Shown here piece after piece: positions 1 to 9,471 of a DNA stretch of 64,000 nt (position 1 is its first letter; each line of letters begins with the position of its first letter). The stretch lies in the sequence record SRR31156797_601, one strand, 5' to 3'. Made by a program: the position numbers and the translations under genes. The notes beneath the pieces are model-generated. The model had not been told where the DNA came from. It did not search any database and worked only from the letters and a program-made list of their open reading frames with translations.

Positions 1-40
1 CGGCATGGGCGGCATGGGCGGCATGGGCGGAATGTACTAA
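1..40 (+). CDS. groEL: 3' end of chaperonin GroEL (partial at window edge)
   Basis: The frame from position 2 reads GMGGMGGMGGMY-stop (TAA 38-40), the GGM-repeat tail typical of GroEL. Confidence 0.9.
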   Translation, partial: GMGGMGGMGGMY

Positions 41-68
41 GAAGTCTAAGCTGAATAATATAGTAAAG

Positions 69-101
69 TACCCACTATCATTAGATGGTGGGTAATTGTT
101 T
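69..101 (+). terminator. Probable intrinsic terminator after groEL (also faces the convergent gene)
   Basis: Stem TACCCACTATC / GATGGTGGGTA (69-94, one G-U pair), 4-nt loop, T-rich tail. Confidence 0.7.
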
Positions 102-115
102 GCTAATATATTTTT

Positions 116-663
116 TTACAGATTATCATACTTTAATATTAAACTATCATAACCACCTATGCGGATATTTTCCTTTTGTAAATTACCCAATACATCCTTA
201 TATTCCTTTTTGCCTAAGTTTATTAGCTTTTCATCAGAAGTGAAGTTCATAATGAAAATAAATCTATTTTTCTCATCATAGCGTGTCTGTACGGATACTC
301 CCTCCGGCAGTGGTGTGGGCAGAATTGTATCAATACCGCAGGTATCGATGAGATAATTATAAAAGTCTTTTTCGAATGTACTATTATTCCTGAAAGCAAT
401 ATAATATGCACTGCCTTTACCGAACTTATTAACAGTAAGTGCAGGATAACCAGCATAAAAATCTTCAACATACTCGCCCAATATCTGTGCACTCTCTAGA
501 TGTATAAGCTCACATATGTTTATTGCCTCATACTTTTTGCAATTCATTCCAGTAAGCGAAATTTTAACATAATTTTTGTCATCTTTGTATAAACCATCGC
601 TTTCTTCTGCCCATATACCCAGTACTTTGCGTAAAGGTCCCGGAAAGCCGCCAAGATAACAGT
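116..663 (-). pseudogene. 5'-truncated GH42 beta-galactosidase (only the trimerisation and C-terminal domains remain)
   Basis: CYLGGFPGPLRKVLGIWAEE, YAGYPALTVNKFGKGSAYY and FIMNF are GH42 C-terminal motifs. The catalytic TIM barrel is absent; residues upstream of about 663 come from the opposite-strand AraC sequence. Confidence 0.8.
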
Positions 664-1269
664 GTCTCTTTCTATTGCGCAGACAAAAATGATCCATGGG
701 AATATATCTGGATAGAATTTGATGGCTTGAAAGCTCCCACGTTTCTGAATGAGGCGGGATTTACTAAAAAGCTACCAATCTACACTCCAATATCTAGTGC
801 TGACAGCACGCTGGAAGATTACCTGCATTTTTTTGTTGAGCACCATGATGCACCCTCATTGGAATTGATGGGCACACTTTATTTGATGCTCAGTACCCTT
901 ATAAAAACATCTGCTGTTAAAAAAATTACACGTCAAGGCAGTTTACAGGAATTTTATATCCGAGAAGCTGTAAATTATATTGAACAAAACTATAATAAAA
1001 ATATAACTGTTGAAGGTATTGCGAACTGGTGTAATCTGAACCGAAGCTATTTCGGCAAGCTCTTCAAGGATACTATGCTTGTATCGCCTCGTGAATTTCT
1101 TATAAAATATCGCCTGAACAAAGCCTGCGATCTGCTAAGGCAAACGGAAACATCAATTGCACAAATTGCTGAGCTGATCGGTTATGCAAACCCCCTGCAT
1201 TTTTCCAGATCCTTTAAGAATATGTTTGGTATATCGCCAAGAGAGTGGAGAAAGCAAAACACGCAGTAA
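664..1269 (+). pseudogene. 5'-truncated AraC-family regulator
   Basis: The frame of ORF 727..1269 extends upstream as VSFYCADKNDPWEYIWIEFDG (AraC sensing-domain motif) with no start codon or RBS. The C-terminal double HTH is intact (IAQIAELIGYANPLHFSRSFK). Confidence 0.75.
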
Positions 1270-1274
1270 AGTAA

Positions 1275-1299
1275 GGAGAGCTTTGGGTAGATTCTCTCC
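1275..1299 (+). terminator. Possible stem-loop after the AraC remnant
   Basis: GGAGAG...CTCTCC inverted repeat just after the stop codon. Confidence 0.4.
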
Positions 1300-1432
1300 A
1301 CGTCAACATTTTATTAATAATTTCTTGTCTACTAAATACCTATAAGAATTCTACTATTATTTTGTTAGTAAATAATATAAGTGTTTTATAAAATCTTGAG
1401 AAAGTACGAATTTAATGCTATGAAAACATACA

Positions 1433-1459
1433 AAAAAGTGACTTTTTATAGCCACTTTT
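1433..1459 (-). terminator. Probable terminator for the DUF5107/TPR gene
   Basis: AAAAGTG...CACTTTT inverted repeat with A/T tracts, about 30 bp after the stop codon. Confidence 0.5.
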
Positions 1460-1485
1460 AAAGTATAGATACGAAATTGCATATA

Positions 1486-4400
1486 TTATAGGTCTATGAC
1501 AAAGCTCTTTGCCTCAATGTGGTTTATGTTTATATCAATACACATTTTTAAGTATTGTTTAGCACTTAGTTTATCACCAAGACCTAAATAGCCAAGTCCA
1601 ATAATATAGTAACAGTGAGCTTTATTAATTGCATTTAAGTCCATAGTGAATATCAAAAACTCAGGTACAGAAATGGCAAAATAGTCTATCTGCGCATTAA
1701 TTTCTGCTTTTTCTAAATGATATTTAATTAATTCTTTAAATACTTCCTCTGCTTTTTCAGGATAACCTAACTCTATCATTGATAAACCCTGATAGTAATT
1801 CATTTGAAGTTTTTCTGGTTTATAGCTAAGTTTGCTTGAACTTACAACTTTTTCTTTGGCAGACATTTCAAAATACTTATGTGCTTTAGGATTACTTATG
1901 CTCTTGTAGCATACACCAAGATAATAATTTATATCTGCTTCTGGTGTTCCATAAATTTTGCCTTCACCTAGATTGTGAGGGAAAATTTTTGCTTCTTCTA
2001 GATACTGTATTGCTTTTAAATACTCTTTTTGCTTGATTAATTGTTTTGCTTTTTGAATTTTTGCAAATTTATACTGCTCACAGATTTTACCTTCGCCACC
2101 TTCGAATGGATGGAAATTGTGATTTGAAAGCAGTGTAAGAGCTTCATTATATTCTCCTAATTCGTTTGTTAATGTAATGTACTCTAGGTATAAATCATCT
2201 CTTTGTATTACTATGTTCATTTTGTTTTTAAGATAGCTTAGTCTGTCGGCAGGCTGTTTATTATTAATTTTATATAACTGATCAAGCTCATATAGTATTC
2301 TGCCATCAGAAGGATTAATATTATGCGTCTTTTCGTACATATTCATTGCTTTTGCAATATTATGCTGAATATTGAAATAGCCTATGCCAAGATTTCTGTA
2401 TAATGTAGGATTATCATTGCAGTTTTTAGCAGATAATTCAAAGTAATAAATTGCATTATCGAAATCTTTCTTATCATATAATAAATTGCCTAAATAGTAT
2501 GCAGCAGATGGAGAAGTTATCTCATTGATAACATCTAAAAGAATTATTTTTTCTTGTATCCTGTGAGGGAAACAATAATCTCTGTTTGAAGCTTCGCCCA
2601 TATTGTAACATTTTATTTTTTGATTATTATTATTTATTTGTTTGTAGTAATACCCTAATAAATAATAGGCCATTGGATATACATCACTGCTTAATGAAAC
2701 ATATTCGTTTAATACAATAATAGCTTTTTTATAGAACCCTGCATCTCCGTACTCTAACGCCACTTCGAAATAAGTTTTGAAATTACCAAATGTTAATTGC
2801 TTGAAATTATCAGTATTTTTGACTTTATCTAATTCATTTACAGATACATATGACAAAGGGTTGAGAGAAACATTTTCCAGTGCCCATTCTGCTGCTACTT
2901 CTTTATTATCTGTTTCAAGTAATATTAACAATTTTAGATTTCTAGCTCTACTACTATCACTATTTGTTACTAATGATAGATTTATATGTTCCAATGCTTT
3001 TTGGTAATCATTTTTAATACAATCAATCTGACTTAAGCACAAATATGCAGCACTTCTGTATGAGTAATCCCATACTGCTTTGTAAAATGCATCATATGCC
3101 TGAGAATATTCCTGTTTATACATTCTGCAAAGGCCAAGTCCATAGTATGCTTCGCAGTCTTTTGGGTTTGGATTATATTTTGTCATCGAATCTATAGATT
3201 TTTTAAAATACGGTATTGCTTTCTTATAATCATGTCTCTTTAACAGCAGCATTGCATATGCAGTGTTGCATCTGATATCATTTGGATTTCTCTTTAACCC
3301 TTCTAGGTAATAATCTTCAGCATCGTATGTTGCATGTCTATACTGTTCTAAGTGAGTACCAATTAAGTGGAGTTCGTCTATTGTTTCGATTTTTTCAGGA
3401 CGCAATGCCTCTATAGCTGGTTTTGCGCTTTTGTGCGTTATTTCTTCTTTGTATACAAAGTTAACTAATTCCTTACCATTTTTGGAGAGAATTCTGGTTC
3501 CTAACCCCAATTTATTATCAATTTTATACTCAATGCTTTCTGATATGATTTTATCTTTTGGAGTTAAGCTAAATTTCTCTGATAGAATAACTCTATCTTT
3601 ATAATAAATCTGATAAGTACAGTCATTCAAATGGGCTGGAGTACCGATACCATATGTTATTATGCCATCATTGTATTCTATATTTACTGCTGCATGCAGA
3701 TTGGCATTCTTTACTTTTCCAAGGCTCTTAAAAGGATACCAGTACTGGAAGAAGGATTTTTGTTCAAAAGGGTTTATCCAAGTGAAATCAGGCTGATTGT
3801 CTGTGTAAACACCTGCCATTAATTCAGCATATGGACCATCTTCGTCTGTAAGCTGTCTGTCCCACGCTATGCCAAAGTCTCCGCAGCCCCATGTCCATTG
3901 CTTTTTCCCAGGTGCTATATGATGGTTTGATATGTATATAGTTCCCATATCTTTACTGTAATCGTATCCGCCAAAAAAGTCATAGTTAGAGCCCATAGCC
4001 ATATAGCTCATCGGTACGGGTATATTATTGTAGTTAGTTATGTTTCTTTTTTCCAAATCAAGTGAGGGATAGTCTACATTATAGTATATCTTGTCCGCAT
4101 ATGGATATGCAGTCATATCTCTCTTACCGTGGTCAGCAACGAATTTTACATCCTGTGGGAAAAATGATTCGTACTTATCATGTACGTGTACTGCAATATT
4201 TGCCCACCATAAGAAGTTTTGCGGCATGGAAGTGTTATTGTATGATCTTCCCTCAACTTCCACATAGGCTTTGTCAGGATACACAGTTATGTAAACCTGA
4301 CCAATCATTCTGGACATTTTTTCTATCTCACCCATACACAATGTCTTGCTGCCATCATCATTTTGAATTATTTTATATTCTACAGGATCAAATGTACTTG

Positions 4401-4773
4401 GTCTGTGATGCTGAGGCCAGTTGAATTCTACTCCTCCGGATATCCATGGACCTGCTAATCCAACTAGGGCAGGTTTGATAACATTATTGCGGTAAAAGAA
4501 ATCGTAGTCATGTACTTTGTCATAACCATATTGTATTCTTCCGCCTAGTTCGGGCATCATAACCAGCTGTATATAGTCGTTTTCGATTATTACTACATTG
4601 TATTCTTTATCGAATTTTTCGTCATATACTTTTTCTATAAATGGATATGGATATAAATTGCCTTTACTTGCCTGATATACACGCTTTTCCAAAAACATAG
4701 GGTTTTTGTCTGCCTCCCCTATACCATATGTTGGCAGTGTCATTTTCTTTTCATAGATTTTTACTTCGCCCAT
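1486..4773 (-). CDS. DUF5107-domain plus TPR-repeat protein (YphG-like)
   Basis: Motifs PMFLEKRVYQ, NNVIKPALVGLAGPWISGGVEFNWPQHHRP, GKKQWTWG, YAELMAGVYTDNQPDF; long TPR C-terminus with FHPFEGGEG and PHNLGEGK. Start reassigned to ATG 4773, which follows an AAGGAGGG RBS. Confidence 0.85.
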   Translation of the reverse strand: MGEVKIYEKKMTLPTYGIGEADKNPMFLEKRVYQASKGNLYPYPFIEKVYDEKFDKEYNVVIIENDYIQLVMMPELGGRIQYGYDKVHDYDFFYRNNVIKPALVGLAGPWISGGVEFNWPQHHRPSTFDPVEYKIIQNDDGSKTLCMGEIEKMSRMIGQVYITVYPDKAYVEVEGRSYNNTSMPQNFLWWANIAVHVHDKYESFFPQDVKFVADHGKRDMTAYPYADKIYYNVDYPSLDLEKRNITNYNNIPVPMSYMAMGSNYDFFGGYDYSKDMGTIYISNHHIAPGKKQWTWGCGDFGIAWDRQLTDEDGPYAELMAGVYTDNQPDFTWINPFEQKSFFQYWYPFKSLGKVKNANLHAAVNIEYNDGIITYGIGTPAHLNDCTYQIYYKDRVILSEKFSLTPKDKIISESIEYKIDNKLGLGTRILSKNGKELVNFVYKEEITHKSAKPAIEALRPEKIETIDELHLIGTHLEQYRHATYDAEDYYLEGLKRNPNDIRCNTAYAMLLLKRHDYKKAIPYFKKSIDSMTKYNPNPKDCEAYYGLGLCRMYKQEYSQAYDAFYKAVWDYSYRSAAYLCLSQIDCIKNDYQKALEHINLSLVTNSDSSRARNLKLLILLETDNKEVAAEWALENVSLNPLSYVSVNELDKVKNTDNFKQLTFGNFKTYFEVALEYGDAGFYKKAIIVLNEYVSLSSDVYPMAYYLLGYYYKQINNNNQKIKCYNMGEASNRDYCFPHRIQEKIILLDVINEITSPSAAYYLGNLLYDKKDFDNAIYYFELSAKNCNDNPTLYRNLGIGYFNIQHNIAKAMNMYEKTHNINPSDGRILYELDQLYKINNKQPADRLSYLKNKMNIVIQRDDLYLEYITLTNELGEYNEALTLLSNHNFHPFEGGEGKICEQYKFAKIQKAKQLIKQKEYLKAIQYLEEAKIFPHNLGEGKIYGTPEADINYYLGVCYKSISNPKAHKYFEMSAKEKVVSSSKLSYKPEKLQMNYYQGLSMIELGYPEKAEEVFKELIKYHLEKAEINAQIDYFAISVPEFLIFTMDLNAINKAHCYYIIGLGYLGLGDKLSAKQYLKMCIDININHIEAKSFVIDL

Positions 4774-4892
4774 GGTGCCCTCCTTGTGAATCTTATACCA
4801 CAATGATATAATAAAAACAAACAGAGTAAAATAGATTGATAAACATAATGATGGACAAATCATTTATTTATGCAAAAGAAAGGGAATAAATA

Positions 4893-5723
4893 GTGAAAAA
4901 AGATGGATTTAAAAATGAACAGATTTTTATAATTCCAAAAGATAAAATTGACATCGAATCAAAAACTTATATCACAGATATAGGTTATTTCCCCAATGCC
5001 AAGTATCACTATAGAAAAAGGGGAAAAGGCAGTGATGAGCACATTCTGATATTATGTATTGCAGGTAAAGGTTATATAAATAAAGATATTACAGTCCATA
5101 GTGAATCACTTGTGATTATTCCAAAAGGTGTTAGTCACGAATATATGGCAAGTGATGAAGCTCCGTGGCATATTTATTGGGTACACTTTTTTACAGATGA
5201 AGAATTCCATTTTGATGAGATTACACTGATGGATTTATCAAAAGAACAGACGAGAACCTATATGGATATTTATGTAAATATGCTGCATACGTTTTCTAAT
5301 GGAATTAATACAAAGTCGCTGAGGTTTACTTCAAATGCAATAAAATATATGATAGGTATTATTAACAATCAGATTAGTGAAATAGATAGAAACCAACTAC
5401 ATATTATAATAAGAAAAACAAAGGAATATGTGCTGGAAAATCTGAATATACCAATATCCATTGAGGGAATATGTCATAAGTTTGAAGTATCAAAAAGTCA
5501 CCTTTTTTATTTATACAAAAAAGAATTTGGAGTATCGCCTCTTACTTATTTTACTAATTTAAAGATGGATATAGCTTCTAATTATTTACTAATTACAAAT
5601 ATGAATGTGAAGCAAATAGCCATATCCTTAGGCTATGATGACCCTTATTATTTTTCCAGACTTTTTAAGAAGAAATTTACTTTGTCCCCTAATTATTATA
5701 GAGGGAAAAATCAGTTGAAATAA
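4893..5723 (+). CDS. AraC-family transcriptional regulator
   Basis: N-terminal cupin (ITDIGYFPNAKYHYR, PWHIYWVHF) and C-terminal HTH (LGYDDPYYFSRLFKK); divergent from the DUF5107 gene. Confidence 0.93.
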   Translation: MKKDGFKNEQIFIIPKDKIDIESKTYITDIGYFPNAKYHYRKRGKGSDEHILILCIAGKGYINKDITVHSESLVIIPKGVSHEYMASDEAPWHIYWVHFFTDEEFHFDEITLMDLSKEQTRTYMDIYVNMLHTFSNGINTKSLRFTSNAIKYMIGIINNQISEIDRNQLHIIIRKTKEYVLENLNIPISIEGICHKFEVSKSHLFYLYKKEFGVSPLTYFTNLKMDIASNYLLITNMNVKQIAISLGYDDPYYFSRLFKKKFTLSPNYYRGKNQLK

Positions 5724-5752
5724 AAACGTATAAAATTTATTAAATATTTAAC

Positions 5753-5772
5753 GCCCTTTGAGGGCTTTTTTT
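5753..5772 (+). terminator. Intrinsic terminator
   Basis: GCCCT-TTG-AGGGC followed by T7. Confidence 0.7.
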
Positions 5773-5831
5773 GTTGCAGAATAGTATCAAAATATTTGCT
5801 TTAAGTATTATTAAAATAAATATATCAAGAA

Positions 5832-5886
5832 TGTGTAAACCTGTCACGATATTTACAAATACAATCTAAGTAACAATATCTATAAT
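5832..5886 (+). promoter_or_regulatory. Activator-dependent promoter of the catabolic operon (motif plus TATAAT)
   Basis: 5832-5863 matches 10505-10536 at 23 of 32 positions, at the same distance from a perfect TATAAT (5881-5886). Confidence 0.65.
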
Positions 5887-5914
5887 GAGAATGAAGAAGC
5901 ATGAGAGGGATATA

Positions 5915-6862
5915 ATGAACGTTTTTAATAGTGATTATAAGGGAATTGAATGCCTTGTTGTAGAAAATGAATATCTTAGTGTGAAAATATTACCTTCTCT
6001 AGGTGCAAAAATTGTATCAATAGTCTACTTAACGACTGGTTATGAAGCACTAATACAAAATTCTGATTTCCAATTTAAACAATCAAAGTACGGTGATAAT
6101 TTTACTGACGGAGAAATGTCCGGCTGGGATGAGATGTTCCCAACTGTATCCGAATGTACTTATGCTAATGATGAGTATCAGCGAATACACATTCCAGACC
6201 ATGGCGAAGTATGGGCATTAAACTGGGATTATGAAATTAATAGAGATAGTATAAGTCTATCAGTGAATGGTAAAAATCTGCCATACATATTTACTAAAAC
6301 CATAACATTAAAACAAAATATTATTCATACAGAATATTCTGCTGTAAACACAGGTGAGAAGGATTTGGATTTTATATGGGCTCTTCATCCATTGTTTAGA
6401 GCAGTAGAAGGCATGCAAATACTATTTCCTGATACAGTGACTGAAGTAATCAATGTATGTGATGACAATATGGTATTGGGCGAGTTTGGTAAGAAATACA
6501 ACTGGTCAAATGCAGTAGGTATAAATAATAAACAAAGGGACCTGGCAATAGTTCCGAAACCAAATGGAACCTTTATGAAGTTTTACACCATTGGAAGTCA
6601 TGCAGGCTGGTGTGCTCTTAAAAATCCTGTGGATAATATTATGATTGAACTTACTTATCCAGAAAATATAGTAGATAAACTTGGTGTTTGGTTAGACTAC
6701 ATGGGCTATACACCAAAGCCATTATATAACGTAGCACTGGAGCCATGTATTGGCGGATATGACAGCCTAGAATATGCTCAGAAGAATAATTTGTGTGCGA
6801 CATTGTCAGCCGGAGAGAAGCTGGATTGGCACATAGATATAGCTATAAAGAATATTGAATAG
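5915..6862 (+). CDS. Aldose 1-epimerase / galactose-mutarotase-like protein
   Basis: GWDEMFP, PDHGEVW, WALHPLF and VALEP (His/His/Glu catalytic pattern). Start moved to ATG 5915 after GAGGG, because the track start overlaps the -10 box. Confidence 0.75.
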   Translation: MNVFNSDYKGIECLVVENEYLSVKILPSLGAKIVSIVYLTTGYEALIQNSDFQFKQSKYGDNFTDGEMSGWDEMFPTVSECTYANDEYQRIHIPDHGEVWALNWDYEINRDSISLSVNGKNLPYIFTKTITLKQNIIHTEYSAVNTGEKDLDFIWALHPLFRAVEGMQILFPDTVTEVINVCDDNMVLGEFGKKYNWSNAVGINNKQRDLAIVPKPNGTFMKFYTIGSHAGWCALKNPVDNIMIELTYPENIVDKLGVWLDYMGYTPKPLYNVALEPCIGGYDSLEYAQKNNLCATLSAGEKLDWHIDIAIKNIE

Positions 6863-6874
6863 GGAGTGATAAAT

Positions 6875-7636
6875 ATGGAAAACAAATGTGTACTTATAAC
6901 TGGTGCAGGCAGAGGGTTAGGGCGTGCTGCAGCAATTGAATTCGCAAAAAATGGCTATGATATAGGTATTAATTATTATCATAGTAAGCATAAAGCACTG
7001 GAAGTCAAAAACGAAATAGAAAGTTATGGGCAAAAAGCTATATGCATTCAGGGAGATGTCAGCAAGTGTGATGATATTGACAGGATGATAAATGAATTCA
7101 CAAGTAAATTTGGTAAAATTGATGTTCTAATCAATAATGCAGGCATTAGCGAATTTGTTCCATTGCTGGATATAACAGAAGAATTTTTTGAAAAGATGAT
7201 TTCTACTGATTTCAAGGGAGCAGTCTTTGCAACCCAAACAGCAGCCAAGAACATGATTGACAATAAGATAAACGGAAGTATTGTCAATATCTCATCTAAT
7301 CAGATATATGGATGTTGGCCTGATTCAAGTATTTATGCATCTGGAAAGGCAGCACTTACCGAATTTACCAAACACGCAGCAATGGAACTTGCGAAATACA
7401 ATATTAGAGTTAACGCAGTAGCTCCGGGATATACAGATGTCGGCTGGACACAGTTCCCCGATATTTATGAAGCGCAGGAGAGGATACCGATGAAAAGATT
7501 TGCTCGCCCTGAGGAGATTGCAAAGCTTATTTACTTTATAGCAAGTGAGAACAACAGCTATATGACAGGCAGCTGCATTCTTTCTGATGGAGGAGCATTG
7601 CTTCCTGTGGTAACTGAGAATGAATACATCAAGTAA
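6875..7636 (+). CDS. SDR-family oxidoreductase (candidate aldose 1-dehydrogenase)
   Basis: TGAGRGLG, NNAG, YASGK (YxxxK), IRVNAVAPG. Substrate inferred from context only. Confidence 0.85.
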   Translation: MENKCVLITGAGRGLGRAAAIEFAKNGYDIGINYYHSKHKALEVKNEIESYGQKAICIQGDVSKCDDIDRMINEFTSKFGKIDVLINNAGISEFVPLLDITEEFFEKMISTDFKGAVFATQTAAKNMIDNKINGSIVNISSNQIYGCWPDSSIYASGKAALTEFTKHAAMELAKYNIRVNAVAPGYTDVGWTQFPDIYEAQERIPMKRFARPEEIAKLIYFIASENNSYMTGSCILSDGGALLPVVTENEYIK

Positions 7637-7648
7637 GGAGATATAAAT

Positions 7649-8788
7649 ATGAAAATCACAAGATTAGAAACTATACATGTTAAGCCTAGGTGGTTATTTT
7701 TAAAGGTTCATACTGATGAGGGAATAGTTGGTTATGGTGAGCCGGTAGTAGAAGGACGTGCCAGAACAGTAGAAACTGCTATATCTGAGTTTAACGATTT
7801 CTTAATTGGAAAGAATCCATTAGATATCGAGAACTTATGGCAGGCAATGTATCGCAATGTGTATTACCGCAGCGGTCCAGTTCTTACCAGTGCTTTGAGC
7901 GGTATTGAGCAGGCTCTTTGGGATATTAAGGGTAAGTATTATAACATTCCAGTTTACGAGATGCTTGGAGGTAAGTGTAGGGATAAAATCCGCATGTATG
8001 GACATTGCTGGGGAGCAACAACTAAAAAGATTATAAAAAGAGCGCTGGTTAGAAAGGAACTTGGATTTGATGCAATTAAAATATTGGTTGAGCCCAAAAT
8101 GAGCAATGGCGGACATATGAAATATATAGAAGGTCAAATCGATAGATTTGCTGAAATTCGAGAAGCAATTGGTAACGATATGGATTTGGCAATTGATTTT
8201 CATGGCAGGGTAGACCCTGCAACTGCCATTCAAATTATAAATGGTATAGAGGAGTATCGCCCTATGTTTGTTGAGGAAGCATGCCTTCCAGAAAATATTG
8301 ATGCAATGATAAAAATATCACAAAAAACCAATGTAGCAATTGCGACAGGTGAACGACTATTCACTAAATGGGGATTTAAAACATTACTTGAAAATCAAGC
8401 TGTTGATGTACTCCAGCCTGACTTATGTCATGTAGGAGGAATATTTGAGACTAAAAAGATTGCAGCAATGGCAGAGGTTAATTATGCCAAAATTGCTCCT
8501 CATAATCCGTTAGGACCAATATCATTGGCAGCTAATTTACAGGTCGCTATGTGTACTCCAAACTTCTTGATACAGGAACACTTTGGTATGAAAGAAAAAT
8601 GGGATTTAGGTGAAGGTTACTTAAAAGAGCAGTTTACTATTGATAATGGTTATATAACATTAGACATGACAAAGCCTGGTCTGGGAATTGAACTAAATGA
8701 CGAAGTTGTACAGGAGAGGACATTCGAGGGGAATTGGGATTCACCGAGGCTATTTAATGAAGATGACAATTCTATTGTCGATTGGTAA
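7649..8788 (+). CDS. dgoD: Galactonate dehydratase (enolase superfamily)
   Basis: MKIT...PRWLFLKV.TDEGIVGYGEPVVEGRA, DFHGR, FVEE, ATGER, APHNPLGP, FLIQE. Confidence 0.9.
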   Translation: MKITRLETIHVKPRWLFLKVHTDEGIVGYGEPVVEGRARTVETAISEFNDFLIGKNPLDIENLWQAMYRNVYYRSGPVLTSALSGIEQALWDIKGKYYNIPVYEMLGGKCRDKIRMYGHCWGATTKKIIKRALVRKELGFDAIKILVEPKMSNGGHMKYIEGQIDRFAEIREAIGNDMDLAIDFHGRVDPATAIQIINGIEEYRPMFVEEACLPENIDAMIKISQKTNVAIATGERLFTKWGFKTLLENQAVDVLQPDLCHVGGIFETKKIAAMAEVNYAKIAPHNPLGPISLAANLQVAMCTPNFLIQEHFGMKEKWDLGEGYLKEQFTIDNGYITLDMTKPGLGIELNDEVVQERTFEGNWDSPRLFNEDDNSIVDW

Positions 8789-8799
8789 AGGGATATATT

Positions 8800-9468
8800 A
8801 TGAAAAATACAAGAGAAATAATTGTTGAAAATAAACTAATAGCTATAATTCGAGGCATTAGCACTGAACGTATCGTTGATACTGCAAAGGCATTGTATGC
8901 TGGTGGAGTTAGACTTATGGAAGTGACAGTCGATCAATCAAGCTCAACTGGTATAAAGGATACAAGCAAAGCTATTGAAGCAATAAGTAAAGAAATGGGA
9001 GATAAGATTTGTGTTGGTGCAGGTACAGTAATGTCTGTGGAGCAAGTTGATGCGGCTATTGATGCAGGCGCAAAATATATTATTTCACCAAATATCAGAA
9101 TTGATGTAATGAAAAGAAGCATTGTAAGAAATGCAGTGTCTATGCCAGGAGCTTTAACACCTACGGAGATTGCAATGGCATATGATGCTGGAGCAGGATT
9201 TGTTAAGGTATTCCCTGCAGGAGCATTAGGAATTTCTTATATAAAAGCTGTTCGTTCACCAATAAGCCATATACCATTAATGGCTGTAGGTGGTGTTAAT
9301 GCAGACAATATGATGAAGTATTTGGAAGCAGGCGTTAAAGGTGTCGGTATTGGTTCCAATATTGTTAATCGAGAGCTTATAAATGCGGGGCAATATGAGG
9401 AATTAACAAAACTTGCAAAAACATATACTGAACAGTTAGTAAATAAAGAACAATCAGGAAAGGAATAA
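8800..9468 (+). CDS. eda: 2-dehydro-3-deoxy-phosphogluconate/phosphogalactonate aldolase (Eda/DgoA family)
   Basis: IAIIRG, VGAGTV, IISP, PGALTPTE, VKVFPA (Schiff-base Lys), AVGGV. Confidence 0.9.
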   Translation: MKNTREIIVENKLIAIIRGISTERIVDTAKALYAGGVRLMEVTVDQSSSTGIKDTSKAIEAISKEMGDKICVGAGTVMSVEQVDAAIDAGAKYIISPNIRIDVMKRSIVRNAVSMPGALTPTEIAMAYDAGAGFVKVFPAGALGISYIKAVRSPISHIPLMAVGGVNADNMMKYLEAGVKGVGIGSNIVNRELINAGQYEELTKLAKTYTEQLVNKEQSGKE

Positions 9469-9471
9469 AAA

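Noticed and set aside
2-34. 9-bp tandem repeat GGCATGGGC at the window start
   Set aside because: It encodes the GroEL GGM tail; it is not a CRISPR array or a VNTR element.
664-697. N-terminal MDHFCLRNRKR of the 193-aa track ORF
   Set aside because: It is the antisense of the AraC remnant across the junction, not a real start.
4774-4863. Extended hydrophobic N-terminus of the DUF5107 ORF as a signal peptide
   Set aside because: A strong RBS precedes ATG 4773; the extension covers the divergent promoter region.
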